Positions 53,062-64,000 of a DNA stretch of 64,000 bases are shown piece by piece. A program made the position numbers and the translations under genes. The notes under the pieces are model-generated. The model saw only the letters and a list, made by a program, of their open reading frames with translations, ran no database searches and was not told the DNA's origin. The stretch lies in assembly GCA_000934665.2 (NCBI GenBank), contig JYFJ02001409.1, positions 1 to 64,000 on the forward strand, in the 5' to 3' direction. How positions within the stretch are numbered: position 1 is the first letter of the stretch; each line of letters begins with the position of its first letter. This stretch comes from Catajapyx aquilonaris (Eukaryota).

Positions 53062-56000
53062 TCAAATGTCAGCAGTCCTCATGCAAAATTAATTCGATCA
53101 CTCCTGATACTGAATAATTATGTCGTCGTCACGACATATAGAGTGGTTGGATAGCAGCACGACATGTCCCAATGCTCACAGCTCAGATGTCAAAAGTCAT
53201 AGATCTGATTTGAATAGTCAGCTTATGGCCAACTATTTGGAAGCTACGCAGTACGCTCAGCCTGTATCGGTGTTATGTTCGACCATCAATACCGCAAGAA
53301 TGCCTGAATGTGCCATTACGTTACTTTCGTGCTGCTTTTACGAGCAGCATTCTTCTTAGCCGTTAACCATTTAAATGCGAATTTCCCGTCAACATGTCAG
53401 TTCCGACGAGCCACCAGCATGCCAAGTATATCCGGAGGTCAAAAATCGTGTCTAGCACTATCAGCATGCGTGGGCAATACAACACTTAGCACCGAAACGC
53501 ATTGGACAATCATACCCATATGCTAAATCTCCTATCCGTCCTAACGACGCATGATTGACCCCCTACCACGGATGACCCCCCTATAATTGGGTTTCCACCT
53601 GGCAGAAACAGGGTTGTACACACAAAGGGCCGGCCATCTTGAATCAATCCAGCACGCCCCCGGATGGTAATAAAGACGGCAATCTGGGAGGAGATGCGCG
53701 ATACCACCTTTCCCTGGTGGACATTATCGGCCGACAAAGCCCGCTGGCCTGTCAGCAGGAAGCGTAAACAGCGGCTATAATGCTATGAAATAGGCGGGGG
53801 GAAGGTTGCTCATTTAGGGAGGCGTCGGAAGTTGGACATCCGACCTCATGTTTAGCGCCGCCGTCTCTTTTTACGACCCTGGCATGATGAATGGACGGTG
53901 CAGTCCGGGGGTGCCCATTGCCATTGACAGTCTCGAGGTGGTGGGGGGGCCTCTGCCTTCCTGGTCTTTTCAACCTCAGTAGGGCTAATCCGGGTCGTTT
54001 CGACTCGAGTGCTTATGACTCCGGGTGTCTGGAGTGCTCCGTCACCTTGACAGGCTCAGGAGACAAGGCATGTAGAGTACGTTGTGTATATGTCTATCGG
54101 ATAATCATCTAGTATGGGCAGATACTGTGCGAAATACATAATTGGCTAATATTATAGGTCGTACACTCGAAAAATGGTGTAAGGTCCCATTTCTGGTCGA
54201 TTATGGCGATGATGTAATAGTATACTGTATGTAGGTTAATGATAAGTGGTACAGACATAATTATTACGTTAAATATTTCAGCTGCCTGTAAATCGACTTT
54301 ATAGAGTTGTTATGGCAGATAAATCATTGCCTTAATCAGCGACGAGTGGATGGTGCCGTAATGTCTAAAAGAAGCATGGTTGAAAAAAGTGTACAAGTTT
54401 TTAAAAACGCAATCCGGCCTCGTGGATTATCAAGGAAAATGTCGAATACGTCAGCTCATACAGTTCTACTAGATCGTATCATATCCAACCTGCATATATT
54501 TAGAAATGATAATAAATATTTCACGAGCAACATAATGATATCACTCAGACTGCATTACTGTACAAGTTACAGCAGTTGTGACAGTTGTTCGGTGCAGTAG
54601 CCAACTCGACAGGCCTCAAGACCTTCATGCCTACCTCAAAACAGTGTTACGTCCTGCAGCACAAGCCTTGGCACAAGCGCGTGATCACACAGTATCATGC
54701 ATACTGCACATCTGCAGAGAATTCTCATAGGAAAAAGGAACTTCCCGAATGCAAACTTTGCGTGATTTACGTACGTCATCAGAGCTCAGACTATACTGTT
54801 GGCTTTAAAATTTTCTGCAACATTTGCGACTCTCTAATATCTAATATGTTTGTCAAAAAAAAGTGTGAGGAATTTTTTGGGATTGAAATGAATGGGTAGG
54901 ATCACGGTCATGGGTAGGATATTGGCGGGCTGTGTCGGTGGAAGTTCGCCCATTAATCGACAGGTGGCGCAGAATGGTGGTTGGGCCCGCAGTTTCGTTC
55001 ACTGGCTACTCCTTTTCCTCAAAATTGCGATGCACATTTTCTCATCAGATCAAATAGTATGACTACCACGTACACAATTCATTGTCTATGGCGTAGGAAG
55101 ACGAGAATAGCAACAGGTAAACAGTAATTAACCAAAGGCATTGTTTGTGTGACTCCATAACCTTATTGGTAGGCCTGTAAAAAAAGATTTTCCATAGCCT
55201 ACTTGAGTGAAATCAACTAACTTAATACACTTATCATCAACCACATTTTTTACATATTGAAAGAATAAAAAGCCGGCTCGTATTAATTTAATTTAGCCAC
55301 AATTGCACATTACATTGTGTGTTAAGACATGCCGTCGCGTCGTAAACGACGACGCATTTAGAAGCTTAGATCCAAATTACGTACACCGAATAATTAATTT
55401 AAATACCAAACGCCAGACTGTGCGTTTTCATCTTCCACATTCAAAATCACACACTCCTGCACGGAAATTGAAAATTATTTCCACGTTAGCATTATAAGCT
55501 GCATATAGGCCTACCACTGCCAGATGGCCATTTTCCCAAAGGCGAAATAAGCATGGCTGGTCATTGCAACACGAATTCCCATTGCGGGCACGAAATCTGA
55601 CTTCTCCATCATATATATCCCCTTTTGTTCACCACATATTTCACAATAAGACAAGCTAATAATATCAGAAACAACACCCCCACATTCTTTCAAGTGAGTG
55701 ATGAGACACAAGCTCAGAAACCGACTTCTTTTTCAAAGCAGCAGCGTTCCACTTTGCAGCTTTTGAGGAAAAAAGCAGCCATATTAAGGTGGTAAGCTTG
55801 AAAGACGTCGCATTATGCACCTCTGAAAAGAAGGTGGGCTGCAGGTGGAAACGTTGGGGGGATTTGCACTGTCGGGGGGATTCGCTATCCATACGACCTG
55901 AAAGCGTCTCCATCAATGTCAATTTCCAAAGTGAGGCCTACTCTCCAGATCTGGCGGCGCGAAAGAGAAGTGCATGCTGCCAGAAGGAATTGTCCCCAAA

Positions 56001-59000
56001 ATAGAGGCGCCATTTTCCTCCAAAAAAAAAACTCAACCCCCTAACTAACTTCTGCTCAGAAAAATCACTGGAAAAGCAACTTACCTGGAGTAATATTTGC
56101 CTTCTTTCCACTCCAGGAGATGCAGTGTGACGGTTCTCCACAATTTTTCTCCACCTTTGAAAGAGAGAAAATTGGCGTTACATATAACAAACCAGACGCC
56201 ACAACCATGTGCAGACATTACTTCGACACTTTGGAGCCATGCGTAATATGCGCCACAATTTATCCGTTACAGGACACACACAACACCACGCAATAGACAA
56301 AAAAAAGGCGCCTTGAGCAACAGCCAGCTCATTGACAAGCAGTGGAAGAAGTTCAAATAGGAGATAAGATATCGCAGATAATACTGTGCGTGGCGTTCAA
56401 GACATGGCCTTGATTTTTCCAGACTTCGTGGTTTCGGATTATGGAAATATAACACGCGAGGAACTTATCGGGGGGCCGTATAGCATTTTATAGGCACTAA
56501 AATTATTCAGATCTATCGCTAGTAACTGCCACTCGCCCTCAGATGGACTGGCTGTAAAAATGTAACAATTGAATCACATATGGGAAGTAATTTAATGCCA
56601 TTACAATGTACCATCAGCCCAAAATAATTTATTGGCCAAACGTCAACTTGGTGATATGAAATCACCAACATTCGAGCATGGGAAAAAAATCTTAACCTTG
56701 GTGAAATGCTGATGGTTGCATACAGCCAGGATAAGTTTAGCCAAAACTATTTTGCCGAATAGGGTAGATCTGATACTGACTCGGGGTCACATTTTAAAAT
56801 CATTTCGATTATGTAACATCCTCTATGGAGACTATTCAGTTGGACTTGTTTCAGGCCAAGAAGTGAAGAGCACATAAACCTGTCCATTACGACTATCCGT
56901 TAATATAAAAGGCTTCCTGTTTCCCAAGGGGACACTTTTTCTATCAAAAGCGTGCGCAGCAGCACTGTCCTATATACTGCACCTTGTTATGTCGTGTCTT
57001 TATTCTCTGCTGCCCCAGAGTACTTTACAGTATTTCCAACTGATAAATTCCTTGAAATAACGGAGCCACATGTAATCACGTGGGGAAACATACTCTTCTG
57101 TTTAAATATACTGCATTAGTGCGACTATGTTTTGGCCCTTTTGAAATTCAGCCGATGAAAATCTCTGTGACTGGACGAGCCGGCTGAAAAGCCAAAAAGG
57201 ACACATGCAAAATCGGGGGAGCTCTTCAACCATCCGACGTTCCTGCCCCAAAGGCCATCAAGTACTACTGCTCGTCCTCGGCTTCCAGCAGTCAGGATTT
57301 TCATTTCACTCATGTATAGTTCGTCAAAGCATTTACTTTCTAATGACGCATCGATCTTCATCCTCCTGCATGGCTAAATGTTACGGGTTAACGCAACTGC
57401 AGCCTGACACGAGGGTACTTGAACAAGTTCGTGGCTTATGTGCGATAACACATTGTGTGTCAGAAGCAAGGAAGAGCACTGATGTGCCTGTGGGACATCA
57501 TTTACTTGAGTTGTTTGAATAATTCCAACCCATGATCTGCTAGTTTAAGGAGTGGTTTGGAGACTCACTTATCTGGTAAAAGTGGTGCGTTTGATCCAAA
57601 AACAGACGTAATTCCGTTTACATTTTTAAAGGCAATGGCAACTGATGATATATTACCCCTATGTAGACTCCATTATGAAACATTGGATGGCGATTCTAAT
57701 AAATAATGCAAAAAGGTCATCGATTTCATGCACCAGAATATTGCCTGTTATGCCATCTGACCTATATACCAGAAGAAGGCATAGGGGCGCAAGTATAGGT
57801 TTTTTCTGCACAACGTTTTCCGATGCAACGCTACAGTAACAGGAGGTAATTTTCCACAAGGCAATTACGCAACAAACTGTTTCAATCATTCTCAAAAGTT
57901 AAAATAAATTATTATTAAATATGAGTAGGCCTATATTATAGAAGCGGCTGAAACACATCAATGTTCTGTTACTTATTTCTTTTTACGCAGTAATTCATTT
58001 TTAATGCGCCAAAGCATGCTCATCAGAAATCGTTGCGTGCAATGCAAGTGCTAATAATGATAATTTCGGATATTTTTTAAATTAAACGACTACAACGTAC
58101 TGGCTGCAATAAGATTATGCAATCTGCATAAAATTACAGAAATTACAGCAGGTCTCCGTGCAATTGTATTTTTTTGCTACTACTCAAGTAACCTTCCAAA
58201 TTCTCCCACGTCGTAGACTGATGTAATAATGAGTTCCAAGCATAAAGTACAGAAACGTCCTTCAAAGTTGCGTTATCGTCTATGTTTTAATCCCAATTTA
58301 CGGGCCAGCTAATTACTTCCACGCAGTCATCCCATCAAGTTCAATACATATTTTACATAATCTTGGACCCCTACCGAGGCCATCGCGATGGACACCTGAC
58401 AAGCCAATTGGAATTTAACAAGGTGCGAACGAACAAAGTTTGCCACGCAACAACACAAGGTGAAGGTCGGTCTTAAAAATAAGGCCTGTGTTGTATGTAG
58501 GCATATCTGTTTGGGCTGATGAGCAGCCAGCACTTGACACGCACGTGTCAACCACATATTCCACAAGGCAACTGACAAAACTTCCCTATATCATAAATGC
58601 AGATTATCGCCGGCTCATTCTCGTGTTTCAAAGCACACACACGCACGGCACGCATTGCTGCCCATGGTTGGCATACTCATTATCACGACGGGAACAATTC
58701 GTTTATGTCAAGAGACCAATTTTCTGGGTCCACTTCATTTGGGCTTCGTTTATTCCACGTGCTACAGAGATATGTCAGTGTGGATGTGTGTATGGACGTG
58801 TGTGTTTGACAAGTGATTTTTATTTACTCCGCGGTCTGCCTTTATAAATACTGTACTGGCGCGGACATATTTAATATCCTGTTTACATCAGTACCGTTTG
58901 CAGGATAAATTTCTTTGATTGGCATGTAGAGCTACTTAATAAGCATACGTACGACACACATGTTGGCCACGGTACATATCAGCCAATGGTGCAGAATATT

Positions 59001-61000
59001 ATAATAGCTTGATTGATTCATTTGATCAACTTGGTTACAGCAAATACAGCATGTCAAGTAACTCAGTACTAAAGGGTGCAACTATCCTAACGCCACGTTA
59101 TAATTATTATGGCTCCATATATTATGTAAACATTGATTAGTCACTCCTGGCCTGATGCAAGTATAACCTAAACTCACGGCCATTTTTATAATTAAAACTG
59201 TGTCATAATATGCTGATATAAAATTATGCCAGGGGGAAGGGATATAGATGGGGGAGCAATAATAATGCATGAGGGCACAGCAGTAAGCGCTAATTGACTG
59301 GCGGCGATAGCCTCCCGTAGCCATGATGTTACCCGGATTCAGTTGGCCCCGAAGAGTCCTTCGGGGCTTCCAACTCTGGACAATGATGGATCGAGAGAGC
59401 CTGCTACTGTTATCTGCAGTGCACAGCGAGACCTTGTTGTAGCTGTTACAGTCCAAATTCATGTGGTGCACACGGACTTTGCAGACCCCCCCTAAGATCA
59501 ATGAAAAACTAGGCCACATCTTTTGGGCACGCCCAAGGCCAAGAAGTATATTTTGACCACTCTGCTGCCATGTCCCATTTGCACTCCTTTTGACATCTGG
59601 ATTGGCCACGTTCACTCACTCTCGGTACACTAATTAACGGATGAGCTAGATTTGAAGACGGAGTTTTGAAGCGGATGTTTGTAATAAGGTTATGGTTTGC
59701 AGGTATATAAACCTGTGCTCTTGGTCTCGGTGTCAACCATGCAGGGAGGATAGACGTGGGGCAGAGGGATGGAAGGCAGTGCAGGTATACAGTAAGTCCC
59801 CTAGCTCTGATTGAATTTAGTCTAGAGTCGATTACGGACCTTCCGAAATGTGCGGTTTTCCTGAAAAAGCCAGGGGCTGGGAAACCCTTCCCAAGCCCAG
59901 GATCAAATGCGTGCTGGAAATGAACCACATATAGCCTGGAAGTAAATATCAGTCTTTCTTCAACTTCTGATCGAATCTGCTATGTATGTGTGTACATGGA
60001 GAACAATATTAAACGTATCTTGTCATGTGTTTATTAACTCGATTGCTGCCTGTCATAGTTCACCGTTTACTGTAGGCCTACTGCAATGCGAGATCGGAAT
60101 TACAAATTGTGTATACGCATACATGTTAGTACTCATGCATAATTCATACTTCTAACCACTTCTACAGTATGCTGCTCCCTATCCTTCACATCAGTATAAT
60201 GTTGCCACTCCATAGTTTTTTCCCCCTCCATACTGACCTGATTTACAAATGTGTTATTTATCATCTGGAGTAGAAAGGTTAACATCTCCTCACCTCATTT
60301 ATCTTGCACAGCACAATGCATTTCCTATGCCATGGTGAGGTGCTTTTAGTTCCGTGACGAGCATAATTACCACTAACCACGATAAGGAACTATACTCGTA
60401 GCTTATCCACCTTATGTGAGAGATGCACCCCCCCCCCTTCCAGCCCCCCACTGGCACCACCCCCTGGACTTTCCCCCACGCAGCACGCAATAAAACAAGC
60501 CTTAACTACAATTAGCAAATGTAGCATGCCAGAGGAACACTGTGTTTGGCAAAAGCAATCTCGTCGAGGATTTCCAAGTGTGAAACGCACATGGAATTAG
60601 CTGCATAACAGAGGGCTGTTTTAGATCCGGATTTATATCGCTGATATAGCCCACCCAAAAGCTTTTTAGACCCAGCTCTTCTGTAGGATGATTTTTTTTT
60701 CGCACGCAATGCCAATGGTGCATATCATGGGGGATGATAGTTATTTCACAGACAGATACGCCCACTGCTAACCAGTACAGATTTTATTTCAACCTACCAT
60801 CTCTCAGGGAGCAGGGAATAGCACGTGTATTTTGTATATGGACATGATCTACGAAAGAATGATTAGGAAGGGTAATAACGACAGAAGAATTCACTCAAAT
60901 TCTGATTGTATACTGCAATTATCACAATTTTATAGAATCTGTGACATGTCCCATTATTACTATTAAAAACCTTCGAGGTGAAGAACCTTGCAAAGATGTA

Positions 61001-61144
61001 CTATCGGGTTCAAATACTTTTGGCCACTTTATCCTGGTCTTGAAGCAAACCTTCACACACATATACGCCTCTTTAACATGGGGTCTGTGCGAAGGGTTGC
61101 TTCAAGACCAGGATAAAGTGGCCAAAAGTATTTGAACCCGATAG
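61001..61144. mobile_element. Tc1-like MITE forming a near-perfect hairpin
   Basis: TA|ctatcgggttcaaatacttttggccactttatcctggtcttgaagcaa matches its reverse complement exactly over ~48 bp; TA on both sides. Confidence 0.88.
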
Positions 61145-64000
61145 TACTTTCGAGCGTTGAACTTTGAGCCATTTTGTTCGCGATAGCACAGCTGAAGTGT
61201 GTGACTTAGCACCAACGTCAGGATCAATCGTATTAGAATATTCAAAGAAGTCTTATCGCTCTCGCTTTTGCTTCAGGTCCTATGTTGATTTCGATATGAA
61301 TAACGTAAGACTGTACTTCACGCTTAGTTATGTGCTGCATAGCCGCAGCCACAGGCAGTTCACGTTGATAACTCGTGGCGGTATGTTAATACGAGCGTAT
61401 TTCCTCCAGATTTGCCAATACTTTGATTACGTCCTACTCATATATTATTTCCCACTCTAAACATTAGTATGCAGTAAACATTAAAATATTCACAAAGGGC
61501 GGTGTAAAAAAAAGCACTTCATGGCTACAGGCTTATTCAAACAGTTTTTTCCCAAACGTTTCCAGAATCCTGAACCCTCGAGTAGGCCATTTCGCTTTTA
61601 GCTAGTCTGATATTGCACGTGCTCCATGTTTCCACCCTTTTTGGAGTATGCAAGGTGCACGATCCCTTCTCGCTTTCATAATTTTTGGCAACCAGTCATG
61701 TGTGTCTGCAGTGAGGAACACTCTTGAAAAGTCATTTTTCTCATCTGTTGTCCTCCTCACAGGTATTCAAATTATTTCGGTTAAATTTTTTAATACTTGG
61801 TACATTTTGTACTTTGTACATACTCAAAGGGACTAATATTATATTTGGAAGATTTTTATAGACCTATATGACACAAATGCACTCAATCTAATATTAGAAT
61901 GTCAATATAGACTACTTATGACACTGACGAAAGTGAGAATTCAGAATTGCTTGAAAAAAGTTTTCCAAAAACCCTACATAGAAGCATTCTGGCGAAATAA
62001 AATGTCATGGCGATCGAATCGGGTTTTTTGTTGTACCATGGCAGAAGATTTCAGGATTCTCTGTCGAGAATCTTGAAAATATCATCCTTTTCCAACCGTG
62101 TTATGCCTCCAGCCCGATTCAGCCCTATATAAACATCATCATCATAACGACATCCCTGTGTACTGAATGTTAACATCTTACCCCCGAAGCCAAGCATGAC
62201 TTTGACAAATGTGCCGCAATGCTTTTAACTCTCTATCTATATAAAATTACAAACGTGTCCGCATGCGACCACATAAAGTACCACTTAGCTGTAATTACTG
62301 ACTGCTTAATTATGTACTTTACACTATACGCCATGGACTCTGAACATGCCCGGAGCCCTACTTATCTAAAGTTGCACGTAACTACCTAAGTAATCTGATT
62401 TACCTTTTTGTACCAGGTCATTTAGCATTTGGTTGACAATATTAATTCCCCAGATCGCTTGCTGCAAACACTCATTAATATGAAAATTGCTTTCCAACTT
62501 TTTTTTGCCCAGCTTGCCAGTTCTCAAAAACTTCCCAGAAAAAGCATCAATTCCCCCCAAAAAAGTTTTCTGAAAATCCGGATGTCCAGAGCAGGTCTGT
62601 CAGATTCATCGTGGCCATCTGCAAGGCAAAAGTTGTTCGTCCTGGAATCCCCCTCCCCCCCCAGCCCCGGCCTGCTCACTTATCTAATCTGGTCTGTGTC
62701 GTGTACCACCGCCGAGGAACATCGACTTTTATGACAGGCGAAAGGGAAATATTTGTCTCCCAGGGCAAGTTCGCCTTAACAAAGTTCCGCAGCCTGGAAT
62801 CAATACAATCCTGCGCGCTTTGCCAGAAGAGCTCTCGTAGAAAGGAAGCCTCATTTTCATGCCAACTTTGCTTGCCACCTTTGCCTGCCCAACTCTCATT
62901 CCCGCCAAAAATCAGGACTTTGCCCTCCATGACACTTCTATCGCCTACAATTTTGTTGAGGGTTCTAAAGTGGGCTCTAGATGTTGATCAATGCGGTTCC
63001 AAGTGATCCAAAATGGTATGGGCATGACACGTGCGCTGTAATTCTGATGCAAATGACGTCGTATTATGGTCAATCAAAAAGCGTACCGTACTAATAGCCG
63101 AGTACAGGACCAGGCCTAATGGATGCCAGGGATTATGCTGAAAAACTACAAAGCATGTTCCAAATGCCATAGTAATGCGATACATTAGAGCCAATTACCA
63201 CGAGCGCTCGAGTCAAGCTATTCCTATTATATTGTTTTTTTTTTTACTTATGCACAGGCATAGTTGTCAATTTGTCATTTTAATTTTGCGTCATTAATTA
63301 CGGATGACAGGAGGCCTGAATTAGTTTCATAAGATAGAATAATATGATTACAGAAACAGTTTGATTTTTCCCCCCTCTCAAAATTGCGTACAATAATGTG
63401 ATCACCGTTTTCGTATGTGTAACATGAGCCATACTCAATCACACTTGAGAGTATGTAGCCTTCACTCGTACAGGAAGTGTTGCAACCAAAACAAGTTCCT
63501 ATCGCACGAGAGGTCAGTAATAGCAGACTTTAGGAAGACTTACGAGCTTCCTAACGGCAAAAGTCTCATTTATCACAGGGTGCGCAGCAGTAATACGATA
63601 TTGTTGTTCGTGTATACCTGCACTGGGCCAACATGTGGTCGTTTTACTGCCGAACTCTCACCCTTTGGGTGTAAAAAATGGGGTAAGTTAATACGTGCCG
63701 GCTGCACCCACCCAGCTTGAAGATTCCTTTGGCTTCACATTTCTAGGTCAAGGGGGAGTGAATATTATCTAAACGTTCCTTTCCTCTGATCTAACGTGCT
63801 GACAGCATATACGACATAAATGAATGGTTGCAAGTATTGAGGGACATTTTTTCACTACCTTTGCGTTGAAAGCAAAAGCGTGTTGGTGATGCTTATACGT
63901 GCAATTACATATACGAAATGTCGACACATGGGTGCGCTGCTTAATAATTCTTGCATAAGCCGCACCTGTGTTTGCGACAACATTCTAACAGGTCGGACCG

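Noticed and set aside
62366..63006. ORF cluster suggesting a gene fragment
   Set aside because: No recognisable domain or consistent exon chain could be built.

Overview
Eukaryotic, intron-rich animal genomic DNA. An arthropod-like invertebrate is inferred from gene features and is not confirmed. Six apparently intact spliced genes were reconstructed by hand: a clan-3-like cytochrome P450 (-), a ~22-exon polycystin-1/REJ-family receptor of roughly 2,400 aa (EGF-REJ-GPS-PLAT-channel-like, +), ribosomal protein S21 (-), an ANKRD29-like ankyrin protein (+), syntenin (-) and a heparan sulfate 3-O-sulfotransferase (-). There is also a decayed intron-containing hAT transposase. Intergenic DNA and the large introns are packed with non-autonomous elements (Helitrons; Tc1/mariner/pogo, hAT, PIF/Harbinger, piggyBac-like and Mutator/Foldback MITEs; a V-domain-like tRNA SINE; a non-LTR tail). 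Several are nested, and in foldback elements the uninterrupted arm preserves the empty insertion site. The most notable observations are the EGF-bearing polycystin-1 gene with a GC-AG intron, a P450 with an altered I-helix acid-Thr pair, a short element with Helitron 3' termini at both ends, and two multi-level transposon nests. No prokaryotic or CRISPR-like system is supported. Coordinates were counted by eye and may be off by a few bases.
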